The notes: a model not told the origin generated them from the letters alone. A stretch of DNA of 64,000 nucleotides from Longimicrobiales bacterium (GCA_965248195.1 CBDFIQ010000001.1:864001-928000); one strand, 5' to 3'. Positions 39,849-51,265 are shown, numbered from the stretch's first letter. A program made the numbers and translations.

Positions 39849-41900
39849 ATGCCCACAGACGTCCCCTGCCAACCTGCGTTTGCCCGGCTCCTCGGTCTGA
39901 GCCTACTGGCTGCAAGCCTTTTCATCGGGAGCCTCGCTCTCCCGTTGTCCGCGCAGGACAGAGGCAATCGCGAGGGCGAGTGGCGCTACATTTGGGGGGA
40001 CGCGTGGAGCACGAGATATTCTCCCCTAGACCAGATCAACGCCGACAACTTCGAGGATCTCGAGGTCGCCTGGTTCTGGAAGGGAGACAACTTCGGACCC
40101 GTTCCCGACAATGTCGGGCGGTCGACCCCCATCTACGCCGACGGTATCGTCTACACGGTCGCCGGTCGCCGCCGCACGGTTGCCGCGATCGATCCGGCCA
40201 CGGGTGAAACCCTCTGGACATTCCGGGAGCCGAATACGGCGCGGTGGGAGGGCTCACCCCGCCAAAACTACGGCCGCGGTGTCGCTTATTACGAGATCGA
40301 CGGACGAGGAGTGATATACGTCGTCACTCCTGGGTTCTTCCTTCATGCGCTCGACGCCAAGACGGGGTACCCGCTGGCAGACTTCGGTGAAGCGATTCCG
40401 ATCGACGGGTTCCCCCAGACCGGGACCGTCGACATGCTCGCCACACTCGGCCATCCCTACAACGTGTTCTCCGGGATCGACCGGGACGTAGGGGCGATCA
40501 CGACGTCGTCTCCACCGATCGTGGTGAACGACGTGATCATCGTTGGAAATTCGGCCCATCCGGGCGGTGGGGGGCAGACTCGGATCGAGAACGTCCCGGG
40601 GGACATCCAGGCATTCCATGCGAGAACCGGAGACCACCTGTGGACGTTCCACACCATTCCTCGGGCAGGTGAGTTCGGAAACGACAGCTGGCTGACCGAC
40701 GCTTGGTCGTGGAGCGGGAATGTAAACGCTTGGGCACCCCTCTCGGCCGACCCCGAGCTCGGCATGGTTTATCTCGCGACGGACGCACCTACGAACGACT
40801 ACTACGGGGGCTTTCGTCCGGGTAACAACCTCTACGGCTCGAGCGTGCTCGCGCTCGACATCCAGACCGGCGAGCGCGTTTGGCACTTTCAGACTGTCCA
40901 CCACGACATCTGGGATTGGGACAATCCCGTCGCGCCGATCCTGGTGGACGTGACCGTCGATGGCGTGGATATCCCAGCGGTCGTCCAGACCACCAAGCAC
41001 GCGTTCGCATTCGCGTTCAACCGGGAAACGGGAGAGCCCCTCTGGCCGATCGAGGAGACGCCGGTACCCGCCGGAAACGTGCCGGGTGAGTGGTACTCTC
41101 CGACCCAGCCCTACCCGACGCGTCCTCTCGGTTATGAGCTACAGGGGCTGTCGATAGACGATCTCATGGACTTCACGCCCGAGCTCCGAGCGATGGCGAT
41201 CGAGCAGGTCAGCGATATCAATCTAGGTCCGCTCTTCAACCCGTACGTCCATGCCGGCAACGAACAGGGCTGGCGAGCGGTCGCCCAGTGCCCGAGCGCC
41301 ACCGGCGGCACCAACATCCCGGGCGGTACCGTCATGGATCCGGAGACCGGCATCATGTACGTGGCCTCGCGCAAGGCGTGTGGCGGTGGCCGGCTCGCTC
41401 CCGGGTCCGAGCGAGACGACGGCGGTCCGGACGGCCGTGGTCGGACGGTGGTCGACTTCGGTAGCGGAGGGGGCGGCGGTTTCGCTTCAATCGAGGGGCT
41501 TCCGATCTTCAAGCCGCCGTATGGCCGAATTACGGCCATCGACATGAACACCGGTGAGCACCTATGGTGGATCCCGAATGGGGACACCCCCGAGCGAATC
41601 GCGAACCACCCGCTACTCGAGGGTGTCGACATCCCCAACACCGGCTACCAAGGCAACGCCACGGCGCTCGTTACGAGGAGCCTTCTGATGTTCGCCGAGG
41701 GCCGGGGCGGGCAGCCCGTCTGGTTCGGTGTGAACAAGGCGACCGGGGAGAGGATCGGATCGGTCGAGATTCCGGCGCCCACGAGCACCGCCCCGATGAC
41801 CTACATGCATGACGGAATGCAGTACATCGTGCTACCTGTTGCGGCGGCGGGGGCTGGGATTCTCCCATCGCTGGTCGCGCTACGACTCCCACTGCCGTAG
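39849..41900 (+). CDS. Secreted PQQ-dependent dehydrogenase-like beta-propeller (quinoprotein glucose dehydrogenase-like), paralog 1
   Basis: Signal peptide; RYSPLDQIN, SSPPIVV, WHFQTVHHDIWDWD and PPYGRITAID motifs. Confidence 0.9.
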   Translation: MPTDVPCQPAFARLLGLSLLAASLFIGSLALPLSAQDRGNREGEWRYIWGDAWSTRYSPLDQINADNFEDLEVAWFWKGDNFGPVPDNVGRSTPIYADGIVYTVAGRRRTVAAIDPATGETLWTFREPNTARWEGSPRQNYGRGVAYYEIDGRGVIYVVTPGFFLHALDAKTGYPLADFGEAIPIDGFPQTGTVDMLATLGHPYNVFSGIDRDVGAITTSSPPIVVNDVIIVGNSAHPGGGGQTRIENVPGDIQAFHARTGDHLWTFHTIPRAGEFGNDSWLTDAWSWSGNVNAWAPLSADPELGMVYLATDAPTNDYYGGFRPGNNLYGSSVLALDIQTGERVWHFQTVHHDIWDWDNPVAPILVDVTVDGVDIPAVVQTTKHAFAFAFNRETGEPLWPIEETPVPAGNVPGEWYSPTQPYPTRPLGYELQGLSIDDLMDFTPELRAMAIEQVSDINLGPLFNPYVHAGNEQGWRAVAQCPSATGGTNIPGGTVMDPETGIMYVASRKACGGGRLAPGSERDDGGPDGRGRTVVDFGSGGGGGFASIEGLPIFKPPYGRITAIDMNTGEHLWWIPNGDTPERIANHPLLEGVDIPNTGYQGNATALVTRSLLMFAEGRGGQPVWFGVNKATGERIGSVEIPAPTSTAPMTYMHDGMQYIVLPVAAAGAGILPSLVALRLPLP

Positions 41901-41945
41901 GGAACCCCAGGCGGGCCGGCCCGACCAGATCAAGGAGACCCGCTC

Positions 41946-42920
41946 ATAGCGAAGTCGAGCCGTGTTCTTCTCGGCCTATTGGCCTTTTTTTACGCCGCGG
42001 TAAACGTTTCGCAACCGACAATGGCCCAACAAGGCACCGAAGCTACGTCCGCTATCTCCGCGGACTTCCCATTCGAATCCCGCTACGTAGAGGTCCTCGG
42101 CTCCCGTATGCACTACATCGACGAGGGCGAAGGCGAGCCCATTCTCTTCCTCCACGGCAACCCGACATCGTCCTATTTATGGCGCAACATCATCCCGTTC
42201 GTGACGGACGATTACCGGGCCGTAGCGGTCGACCTGATCGGCATGGGCAAGTCCGACAAACCGGACCTGGACTACACCTACCAGGATCATAAGCGCTACC
42301 TCGATGAGTTCATCGATGTCCTCGACCTGAGAAACGTCACCCTGGTCATCCACGACTGGGGGTCCGTGCTGGGGTTCGATTATGCGGTGGAGCACGACGA
42401 CAACGTCGTCGGCATCGCGTTCATGGAGTCGATTATCCCGCCCTCCTTCCCCAGATCCGAGCCCATGGGCGGCGCTCTGGGGAGGTATCGCACCGACGCA
42501 GGAGAGGACCTCATCCTCGAGCAGAACCAGTTCGTCGAGCAGATTCTTCCCCGAAGCGTGGTTCGCGGACTTACGGATGAAGAGATGGAATACTACCGGG
42601 GGCCCTACGCGACGCCGGAGTCCCGGGTGCCGACCCTGCAGTGGCCCCGCGAGCTGCCTGCCGCGGGGGAGCCCGCCCGGAACGTGGAGGTCGTGACCCG
42701 TATCGGTCGGTGGATGCAAGAAACCGACGTTCCGATGCTCTTCTTTTGGGCGCGGCCGGGCGCCCTCAACAACGAGGCGTTTGCCGAGGCGATGGTAGAA
42801 AGGGTGACGAACATTCAGACGGCGTTCGTCGGCGAGGGCCGCCATTTCATTCAGGAAGACCAACCCGAGATGATTGGCCGCACCTTGGCCGATTGGAGGC
42901 GACGCATCGGCGGGGATTGA
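41946..42920 (+). CDS. Haloalkane dehalogenase (DhaA/LinB-like alpha/beta hydrolase) with signal peptide; apparent start codon ATA
   Basis: HGNPTSSYLWRNIIP, DLIGMG, IHDWGS, FMES, WPREL and HFIQED motifs. SD AAGGAG 8 nt before the in-frame ATA at 41946 (track start: TTG 41979). Confidence 0.88.
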   Translation: MAKSSRVLLGLLAFFYAAVNVSQPTMAQQGTEATSAISADFPFESRYVEVLGSRMHYIDEGEGEPILFLHGNPTSSYLWRNIIPFVTDDYRAVAVDLIGMGKSDKPDLDYTYQDHKRYLDEFIDVLDLRNVTLVIHDWGSVLGFDYAVEHDDNVVGIAFMESIIPPSFPRSEPMGGALGRYRTDAGEDLILEQNQFVEQILPRSVVRGLTDEEMEYYRGPYATPESRVPTLQWPRELPAAGEPARNVEVVTRIGRWMQETDVPMLFFWARPGALNNEAFAEAMVERVTNIQTAFVGEGRHFIQEDQPEMIGRTLADWRRRIGGD

Positions 42921-42978
42921 GGGGCAGACTTTCAGACCGGACAAGACACCCCCTGGAGTGTGCTCATACTCGAATTAG

Positions 42979-43007
42979 TTGCTCAGACCCACCCGCGTGT
43001 GTAATGT
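42979..43007 (+). promoter_or_regulatory. Putative sigma70 promoter of PQQ gene 2
   Basis: TTGCTC-N17-TAATGT; similar elements lie upstream of paralogs 3 and 4. Confidence 0.6.
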
Positions 43008-43115
43008 CGAGGGCTAAAATAAGCCCTTGGCATATGGTTGAGCGTTACGGATGGTCCCGGGCCCTTTCTCGGACCTCATCAAGAACCCATGCCTACCTCA
43101 GCAAAGGAGAACACG

Positions 43116-45188
43116 ATGGGAAGCGACAATTCCCGACAGTCTCGGCACGTCTCAGCTTTTTTCGGACTCCCGCTCGCCCTCGCCATGGTGCTTTCCGTAC
43201 CGGTGGTGGCCATGGCACAGGGACCCGGGACCGAGGGGGGTCAGTGGACCTATCTCGGCGGTGACGCGTGGCACACCCGGTATACGCCGGCCGATCAAAT
43301 CAACGCGTCGAATTTCGAGGATCTCGAGGTAGCGTGGCAGTGGAACGCAGCCAGCTTCGGGCCCAGCACTTCTCGTGCGACCCCAACCTACGTTGACGGC
43401 AAGCTGATCACAGTCACGTCGGACCGTCGCAGCATGGTCGCGCTCAATCCTGGTACCGGCGAGCTACTCTGGAGCTTCACCGAGCCGAACACGGCGCGGT
43501 GGGAGTACTCGATGCGGGCCGGGTACGGCAAAGGCATCGCGTACGGCGAGCGTGATGGGCGGGGAGTGGCCTTCATCTCGACGCCAGGCTTTTTCCTCCA
43601 CGCACTGGACGTGGTCACGGGCGAGCCCCTCGCGAACTGGGGCGAAGCGGTTCCCGTCGACGGGTTCCCTCCGACCGGTAGCGTGGACCTCCTAGCCGAC
43701 TTGATCGACGGCTGGGGTCCGTGGGAGAACTGGAGTGAGCCATACGATGCGTACGCAGGGCTCCCCTTGGAGCTCGGGTACATCACGTCTTCCTCGCCGC
43801 CGATCGTGGTCAACGACGTCGTGGTCGTCGGCAACTCCGCCGAGCAGGGCTACCACCAGACGCGCATCGAAATGGTTCCGGGCGATATCCTGGGCTACGA
43901 TGCCAACACCGGCGACTTGAAGTGGAAGTTCCACGTGATCCCGCGCCCGGGCGAGTTCGGGCACGACACGTGGGAGAACGACGCGTGGTCGTGGACGGGC
44001 GACGTCTCGTCGTGGGCGCCGATGGCGGCCGATCCGGAGTTGGGTATCGTCTACATCCCGACCAACGGGGCTACGCAGGACTTCTACGGTGGATTCCGCC
44101 CGGGTGACAATCTCTTCAGCACGAGCCTGATCGCGCTGGACGTCGAGACAGGCGAGAGGGTGTGGCACTTCCAGATGGTCCATCACGACATCTGGAACTA
44201 CGACACTTCGACCGCTCCGGTTCTGATGGACGTCGTGGTCGACGGAGAAACGATCCCAGGCGTCTTCCAAACTGGGAAACAGTCCTTCGTTTACGCTTTG
44301 GACCGCAGGACAGGTGAGCCGATTTGGCCCATCGAAGAGCGTCCTGTCCCGCAGTCGAACGTCCCAGGCGAACATCTGTCGCCCACGCAGCCGTTCCCGA
44401 CGTGGCCACTGGCATACGAGCTGCAGGGCCGCCAAGAAGAGCACTTGATCGACTATACGCCGGAGATCCGGCAGATGGCGTACGACGTCGCCGTGGCGGG
44501 CGATCACTTCGCGCCACTCTTCAACCCCCCAACGAACGTGGGCAACCCACAGGGCGACGGGCCGGCGCGCATCTGTCCGGGCGGAGGCGGCGGTACCAAC
44601 ATTCCGGGGCCCACCGTGGCCGATCCGGTCGCGGGAGTCCTCTTCATCACCTCGGTGAGCGGTTGCTCATATGAGTTCCTGGAGCCGGGCGTAGACTCGC
44701 CGATGGATGGCGATCACCAGACGGGCACAACGATCACCGATTGGGCCCGAGGTGCGGAAGGTGATCGCCCGGCCCGGGAGGACGTCGAGGGTCTTTCGAT
44801 CTGGAAGGGCCCGGTCGGCCGGATCACCGCGATCGACATGAACTCTGGTGAGCATCTCTGGATGGTCCCGAACGGCGACGCGCCGCAGGAGGAGCAGGAC
44901 GCGATCCGAACTCACCCGCTCCTCCAGGGCGTCGATAACGTGCTTATCAATCGCGGTCGGCAAAGGCAATCGGTCATGGTCGCGACACCCACATTGCTGT
45001 TCTCTGCGGGCCAGACCGCGGACGACACCTGGAAGCTCTTCGCCATCGACAAGCGGACGGGTGAACGGGTGGGGGCAGTGGACATTCCTGGATCAACCCG
45101 GTACGGGATGTCGAGCTGGATGCACGAGGGCAAGCAGTACATCATCATCCAGCTAACGGACGGTCTAGCGGCGCTGGCACTGCCGTAA
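43116..45188 (+). CDS. Secreted PQQ beta-propeller dehydrogenase-like protein, paralog 2
   Basis: AAGGAG RBS, signal peptide, HHDIWNYD; highly similar to paralogs 3 and 4. Confidence 0.9.
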   Translation: MGSDNSRQSRHVSAFFGLPLALAMVLSVPVVAMAQGPGTEGGQWTYLGGDAWHTRYTPADQINASNFEDLEVAWQWNAASFGPSTSRATPTYVDGKLITVTSDRRSMVALNPGTGELLWSFTEPNTARWEYSMRAGYGKGIAYGERDGRGVAFISTPGFFLHALDVVTGEPLANWGEAVPVDGFPPTGSVDLLADLIDGWGPWENWSEPYDAYAGLPLELGYITSSSPPIVVNDVVVVGNSAEQGYHQTRIEMVPGDILGYDANTGDLKWKFHVIPRPGEFGHDTWENDAWSWTGDVSSWAPMAADPELGIVYIPTNGATQDFYGGFRPGDNLFSTSLIALDVETGERVWHFQMVHHDIWNYDTSTAPVLMDVVVDGETIPGVFQTGKQSFVYALDRRTGEPIWPIEERPVPQSNVPGEHLSPTQPFPTWPLAYELQGRQEEHLIDYTPEIRQMAYDVAVAGDHFAPLFNPPTNVGNPQGDGPARICPGGGGGTNIPGPTVADPVAGVLFITSVSGCSYEFLEPGVDSPMDGDHQTGTTITDWARGAEGDRPAREDVEGLSIWKGPVGRITAIDMNSGEHLWMVPNGDAPQEEQDAIRTHPLLQGVDNVLINRGRQRQSVMVATPTLLFSAGQTADDTWKLFAIDKRTGERVGAVDIPGSTRYGMSSWMHEGKQYIIIQLTDGLAALALP

Positions 45189-45220
45189 AGCCTTAGGCGG
45201 ATCCCGATACGCGGATCCGA

Positions 45221-45263
45221 AAGAAGCCCCGGGGGGACTGTCTCCTTCCGGGGCTTCTTTTTT
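45221..45263 (+). terminator. Intrinsic terminator
   Basis: AAGAAGCCCCGG...CCGGGGCTTCTT stem followed by a T tract. Confidence 0.85.
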
Positions 45264-45308
45264 CGCCCAAATTCCGCTCGAGGAGGCGTCCCGTGGGTGG
45301 ATTTCAGG

Positions 45309-45337
45309 TTGCCGATAGTCACTTGTCCGCGTACCGT
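45309..45337 (+). promoter_or_regulatory. Putative sigma70 promoter of PQQ gene 3
   Basis: TTGCCG-N17-TACCGT. Confidence 0.55.
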
Positions 45338-45407
45338 TCGCCGTTAATTCAGACTCTTGGGATAGTCACTGCGCCTACCGAATGTCCTCAGTCACGCTAC
45401 TCGGATC

Positions 45408-45446
45408 CGTCAGATACCCTGGGCCTACGTCAGATACCTGGGCCTA
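45408..45446 (+). repeat. Tandem duplication (20/19 nt) in the 5' UTR
   Basis: CGTCAGATACCCTGGGCCTA / CGTCAGATACCTGGGCCTA. Confidence 0.85.
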
Positions 45447-45468
45447 CAATCAGCAAAGGAGAACACCA

Positions 45469-47551
45469 ATGGAACGCGACAACTCCTCGCGATCTCGTCA
45501 CTCGTCCCCCGTACGATGGCTCGCCCTGGCGTTCGGCGCCGTGCTTGCGCTGCCGTTGGCAAGCGTGGCTTAGGGTCCCGGGACCGAGGACGGCCAGTGG
45601 ACGTATCTCGGCGGTGATGCGTGGCACACGCGCTACACGACGGCCGACCAAATCAACGCGTCGAACTTCGAGGATCTCGAAGTTGCGTGGAGGTTCAACG
45701 CGGCCAGCTTTGGGCCGAGCACGCCTCGCGCCACTCCGTCCTATGTGGACGGAAGGCTGATCACGGTCACCGGAGAGCGTCGCGCCATGATCGCGCTCGA
45801 CCCTGCGACGGGCGAGCTGCTCTGGAGCTTCACCGAGCCGAACACGGGCCGGTATGAGTACTCCATGAGGTATTCCTACGGCAAAGGCATCGCGTACGGT
45901 GAGCGTGACGGCCGGGGAGTCGCTTTCATCTCGACCCCGGGCTTCTTCCTCCACGCCTTGGACGTCGTGACCGGCGAGCCTCTCGCAAACTGGGGAGTGG
46001 GCGTTCCCATCGAAGGGTTCCCGCCCACCGGCAGCCAGGATGTCCTGGCCGACTTGATCGACGGCTGGGGCCCATGGGAGAACGCGGGTCGGCCGTTCGA
46101 CCCGGCAGCCGGAATCCCGCTCGAGCTCGGATACATCACGTCGTCCTCGCCACCGATCGTAGTCAATGACGTCGTGGTCGTCGGGAACTCCGCTGAACAG
46201 GGTTATCTCCAGACGCGCATCGAGAACATACCGGGCGACATCTTGGCGTACGACGCGCAGACGGGTGACCTGAAGTGGAAGTTTCACATCATCCCGCGGC
46301 CCGGCGAGTTCGGGCACGACACCTGGGAGAACGATGCGTGGCAATGGACGGGCGACGTGTCGTCGTGGGCGCCCATGTCGGCGGATCCCGAGCTGGGGCT
46401 GGTCTACATCGTGACGAACGGGGTGACGATCGACTACTACGGCGGCCACAGTCCGGGCGACAACCTTTACAGCACGAGCATTCTCGCGCTGGACGTGCAA
46501 ACGGGTGAGCGGGCCTGGCATTACCAGATGGTGCACCACGACATCTGGAACTACGACACGCCCACGGCTCCGATCCTGATGGATGTGAACGTGGACGGTC
46601 GCGAGGTCAAAGGGCTCTTCCAGGCGACCAAGCAGAACTTCCTGTACGCTCTGGACCGTGAGACGGGTGAGCCGATCTGGCCGATCGAGGAGCGAGCGGT
46701 GCCCGCGTCGAACGTCCCGGGTGAGAAGCTGTCTCCGACGCAGCCGTTTCCGACGAGGCCGGCTCCGTACGACGTTCAGGGTCGCAGCGAAGAGAACCTG
46801 ATCGACTACACGCCGGAAATCTACCAGATGGCGCTCCAGGTCGCGCAGGACGGCAATCTCTTCAACGCCTTGTTCGACCCGCCCCGGACCATAGACGATC
46901 CGCTCGGACCCGCCTGGAATTGTCCCGGTGGCGGAGGAGGTGTCAACATTACCGGACCGCCTGTGGCCGATCCGGTCGAGGGGGTCATGTTCATCACGTC
47001 GACGGGCAACTGCTTCCGGCTACAGGTGGAGCCCGGAATCACCTCGAGCATGGATAGCCCCGAGCAGTCAGGAACGACGCACGCCGACTGGGTGGCTGTG
47101 GCCACTTCCGTCCCGGGGGGGGGCCAGAGCGACGCTCAACGGTCAGGCCAACGGTCTGCCGATTTGGAAGGGTCCGGCCGGGCGGATCACCGCGATCGAC
47201 GTGAACACCGGCGAGCATCTCTGGGTCATCCCACACGGTGACGCGCCGCAGCAGCAACAGGACATGATCCGCAATCACCCGCTGCTTCAAGGCGTCCAGG
47301 GTGTGGATGTGAACCGCGGACGTGGTGGGCACTCCACGATGGTAGCGTCACCCACGTTGCTGTTCGCCACCGGCCAGACGGCCGACGGCGTCTGGAAACT
47401 CTTTGCCATCGACAAGCAGACCGGCGAACGGGTGGGAACGGTGGATATTCCTGGCTCCAGCAGATACGGAATGTCCAGTTGGATGCACGGAGGCAAGCAG
47501 TACATCATCGTCCAGTTGAATGACGGTCTGGCGGCAATGGCGCTGCCGTAA
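45469..47551 (+). pseudogene. PQQ beta-propeller paralog 3, with an amber stop and a +1 frameshift
   Basis: TAG at 45571-45573 where paralogs 2 and 4 have CAG (A-Q-GPGT). G9 tract at 47115-47123; G8 restores the frame into [17 protein letters not shown]...LAAMALP. Confidence 0.88.
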
Positions 47552-47585
47552 TGTCTTAGTCGGATCCCCTTCCGTGGATTCCAGA

Positions 47586-47620
47586 AAGCCCCGGGGACTG
47601 GATGTCTCCGGGGCTTCTGT
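47586..47620 (+). terminator. Intrinsic terminator-like hairpin
   Basis: AAGCCCCGG...CCGGGGCTT stem, homologous to the hairpin at 45221. Confidence 0.7.
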
Positions 47621-47640
47621 CTTGGAGAATCGTCTCGCGA

Positions 47641-47669
47641 TTGCCGATGAGCACTTGCGCGCCTAATGT
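47641..47669 (+). promoter_or_regulatory. Putative sigma70 promoter of PQQ gene 4
   Basis: TTGCCG-N17-TAATGT. Confidence 0.6.
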
Positions 47670-47752
47670 CGGAAGCTGGAGCGGACTCTTGGTGTTTGGA
47701 GCGGACTCTTGATGAAAGGTCTCCGGGCCTAACTCAGCACAGGGAGAATACC

Positions 47753-49822
47753 ATGGAAAACGACAACTCCTCGCGGTCTCGGCATCCGTCCCCCTTCCTT
47801 TGGCTCGCCCTGGCTTTCGGCGCTGTCCTATCGGCGCCGATCAGCGGCATGGCGCAGGGGCCGGGAACGACCAACGGTGACTGGACCTTCCTCGGTGGGG
47901 ACGCGTGGCACACCCGGTACGCGCCTGCAGCCGAGATCAACGCCTCGAATTTCGAAGACCTCGAGGTCGCGTGGAGGTGGGACGCGTCCAGCTTCGGGCC
48001 GAGCACGCCTCGTGCGACCCCGTCTCTTATCGATGGAAAGCTGATTACGGTCACGGGAGACCGGCGGCACGTGGTAGCCCTCGACCCTTCCACTGGTGAG
48101 CTCCTGTGGAGCTTCACCGAGCCGAATACGCCCCGCTTCGAGTACTCCATGCGCGCGGGCTACGGAAAGGGGATCGCGTACGGTGAGATCGACGGGAGGG
48201 GCGTCGTGTACATCTCGACCCCTGCGTTCTTCCTTCACGCGTTGGATATCGAGACTGGCGAGCCGCTCGCTAACTGGGGCGAGAGTGTGCCCATCGAGGG
48301 GTTCCCGCCCTCGGGCAGCGTGGACCTCGTCGCGGACCTGATCGAGGACTGGGGCCCGTGGGAGAACCTGAACCAGACGTACGATCCCAACCAGGGGATT
48401 CCGCTGGAGCTCGGCTACATCACGAGCTCGTCACCGCCGATCGTGGTCAACGACGTGGTGATCGTGGGGAATTCGGCCGAGCAGGGCTACACCCAGACAC
48501 GTCAGGAGATGGTCCCGGGCGACATCCTGGCGTACGACGCTCGCACCGGAGCGTTCAAGTGGAAGTTTCACGTCGTCCCGCGCCCGGGCGAGTTCGGGCA
48601 CGAGACGTGGGAGAGCGACGCCTGGCGGTGGACCGGCGACGTCTCGTCTTGGGCGCCGATGTCGGCCGATCCGGAGCTGGGCATCGTCTACATCCCGACC
48701 AACACGGTCACCATCGACTACTACGGTGGCTTTCACCCCGGCGACAACCTCTACAGCACCAGCCTCATCGCCCTCGACGTAGAGACGGGCGAACGAAAGT
48801 GGCACTTTCAGCTGGTCCATCACGACATCTGGAACTACGACACGTCCGCGGCGCCGATCTTGATGGATGTCACCGTCGATGGCGAGCAGATCCCGGGGGT
48901 GTTCCAGGCCACCAAGCAGGCCTTCCTCTACGCGTTCAACCGCGAAACAGGCGAGCCGATCTGGCCGATCGAGGAGCGCCCGGTGCCGCTGTCGAGGGTG
49001 CCGGGTGAGCAGGTAGCGACGACGCAGCCGTTTCCGACCAGGCCGGCGGCGTTCGACCTTCAGGGCCGCACCGAGGACCACCTCATCGACTACACACCCG
49101 AGATTCGGCAGAGGGCGCTGGAGGTCGCGAGGGACGGCGATCTGTTCGCACACATGTTCAACCCGCCTGCGTATGTGGGCGATCCAGAGGCCTCGGGGCG
49201 GGTCTGTCCGGGGGGTGGGGGCGGCGTGAACATCGGCGGCGCACCCGTGGCGGATCCCGTGGCGGGCGTGATGTTCATCTCGTCGCAGAGTGGGTGCGGC
49301 CGCAACCTGGTTGCCCCCGCCATCGACTCCCCGTTGGACGGCCCCGACCAGACGGGGGTGACCCACTCCGCTTTCTCGGCGGCGCAGGGTGTGGAGGGTC
49401 CACCACCCGTAGAGAACATCGACGGTCTTCCGATCTGGAAGGGCCCCGCGGGCAGGATCAGCGCGGTCGACCTGAACACCGGTGAGTACCTCTGGGTAAT
49501 TCCGAACGGCGACGCACCGCAAGAGCAGCAGGATGCGATCCGAAATCACCCCCTGCTTCAGGGGGTGGATAACGTGATGGTCAACCGCGGCCGGGGCGGC
49601 CTCGCGGCGATGGTCGCGACGTCTACGTTACTCTTGGCTTCCGGTCGAACCGCGGACGGAACCTGGAACCTCTTTGCCATCGATAAGCAGACCGGCGAAC
49701 GGGTGGGAGCGGTGGAGCTTCCCGGATCTACCCGGTACGGGATGTCGAGCTGGGTGCACGAGGGTAAGCAGTACGTGATCATCCAGTTGCCGGACGGACT
49801 GGCGGCGATGGCGCTGCCGTGA
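47753..49822 (+). CDS. Secreted PQQ beta-propeller dehydrogenase-like protein, paralog 4
   Basis: GGGAG RBS, signal peptide, HHDIWNYD. Confidence 0.9.
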   Translation: MENDNSSRSRHPSPFLWLALAFGAVLSAPISGMAQGPGTTNGDWTFLGGDAWHTRYAPAAEINASNFEDLEVAWRWDASSFGPSTPRATPSLIDGKLITVTGDRRHVVALDPSTGELLWSFTEPNTPRFEYSMRAGYGKGIAYGEIDGRGVVYISTPAFFLHALDIETGEPLANWGESVPIEGFPPSGSVDLVADLIEDWGPWENLNQTYDPNQGIPLELGYITSSSPPIVVNDVVIVGNSAEQGYTQTRQEMVPGDILAYDARTGAFKWKFHVVPRPGEFGHETWESDAWRWTGDVSSWAPMSADPELGIVYIPTNTVTIDYYGGFHPGDNLYSTSLIALDVETGERKWHFQLVHHDIWNYDTSAAPILMDVTVDGEQIPGVFQATKQAFLYAFNRETGEPIWPIEERPVPLSRVPGEQVATTQPFPTRPAAFDLQGRTEDHLIDYTPEIRQRALEVARDGDLFAHMFNPPAYVGDPEASGRVCPGGGGGVNIGGAPVADPVAGVMFISSQSGCGRNLVAPAIDSPLDGPDQTGVTHSAFSAAQGVEGPPPVENIDGLPIWKGPAGRISAVDLNTGEYLWVIPNGDAPQEQQDAIRNHPLLQGVDNVMVNRGRGGLAAMVATSTLLLASGRTADGTWNLFAIDKQTGERVGAVELPGSTRYGMSSWVHEGKQYVIIQLPDGLAAMALP

Positions 49823-49855
49823 CGACTTAGTCACTACGGTAGGCGAATCCGAGAG

Positions 49856-49888
49856 ACGGCCCGGCGGGACTAGATTCCTCCGGGCCGT
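49856..49888. terminator. Hairpin between convergent genes
   Basis: ACGGCCCGG...CCGGGCCGT stem. Confidence 0.6.
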
Positions 49889-49903
49889 TGTCCTGTGGTA
49901 TCC

Positions 49904-51265
49904 TCAGAAGTTGCCGCCACCACCCCCGCGCGGGAACCGGTTGTTTACGACGTTGTTGAAGATCGAACCGAACTGGTATGAGAGTCCAAAGTTCAACGAC
50001 GCCCGGGAGTCGGTCTGCTGCGTTTGCAGCTCGAGCAACCTTTCCTCGTCGCTCAAGTCCCCCCCAGGCAGGAAGATCTGGTCACGTATCCTCGAATATG
50101 AGGCGCCCACATTCAGGTCGAGCCCGCGTGTGATCCGAAAACTCAGAAACCCACGCAGAGAAACATTGTTCAGCGCCACATCGTGAAGGTAGGTCGATCC
50201 GGTCAGCCGGATGGTGGCGTTCCCCCAAGGTTGTCGTTGCGAGAATTGAAGGGTGAGTGCCTGCTCCCCGCGGAGTTCCTCTTCTTCTCCAAGAAGGGTC
50301 TCCTCGAAGTACTCTCGGTACACCGGACCGACCTCGTAGAACGCCGTCATTGAGCGACGGGTCGCCTCTTCGTAAGGGAAGAAGCTGTACTCGATCGCCG
50401 GGTTCACCTGCCCCCAGAGGCTCTGGTTGGTCCTAGTGTTGCGCCCAACATTGGACCTGATGCCGATGGACAAATGTTCGGCGACGGAGTAGACCACCCG
50501 CGCGAAGAAGCCCCAGTCGTATCTGCTATCGATGAACCGAGAGCCGTCATTGAGCTCGAACTCTTGCCTGCTGTTGCGATAGTTTCCGTTGTAGCTCTGC
50601 CTCCAGGTCGGGGTCACCCGAAAAGCGTTGATACCGGCTCCCAACTCCCGGCTCTCCTGCCTCGACTCAGTGTCGATATCTCCGTTCGCGCTCACACGGA
50701 AGACCCAAAGTTTCCAGGGGTCCTGCACATCGTCTGGCGAGAGGACCCCCGCCGGTTACGTGTCGAGGTTCGCGTTCACCTCACCAACGGGGGCAAGACC
50801 ATCGAGCTCAACGACGTTCCTGTATCCGGACTCCGTTGCGAAGGTGGCAAGCCCGAGACCCAACGTGAGCGCAACGCCGTCGAGCCGCTCCCTTTGAGTG
50901 TCGGTCGGGAGGGATTGATAGAGGGTCCGGGTCTCATAGTCCTGATACATGCCGCGTCCGAGGAAGTCGAGCTGGTACTCCCTCCCGCCTGCTCCGGTGT
51001 TCTGGCTTGTCATGATCACATGGACATTGGCGTCCTGCTGATCCCGGACCCACGCCACCCAGGCGATCTCCGTCCGGTAGTAGCGGTTGTCGCACTCGCG
51101 CCCACGGCAGTCGAAGAATACGCGAGGTACCGTGGTAGGGGCTCGGGGCAGCAGATCCTGCGCCTTCAGCGGGGCCGCCGGAAACGAGAGGCCCGCAATC
51201 AGAACGGTCAACGAGAGGAGTGACGGCCAATCTACGCGCTGCATCCACCTTTGCGCTGGATCCAC
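49904..51265 (-). pseudogene. Outer-membrane beta-barrel-like protein split by one in-frame TAA
   Basis: ORFs 51265-50756 and 50728-49904 are in the same frame (...NLDT*PAGVLSPDDVQDPW...). Signal peptide, VFFDC-x-x-x-C N-domain, C-terminal SYQFGSIFNNVVNNRF. Confidence 0.82.

Noticed and set aside
45571..45573. Pyrrolysine or stop-codon readthrough at the in-frame TAG
   Set aside because: Paralogs have Gln here, the same gene also has a frameshift, and no pyl genes or suppressor tRNA are in the window.
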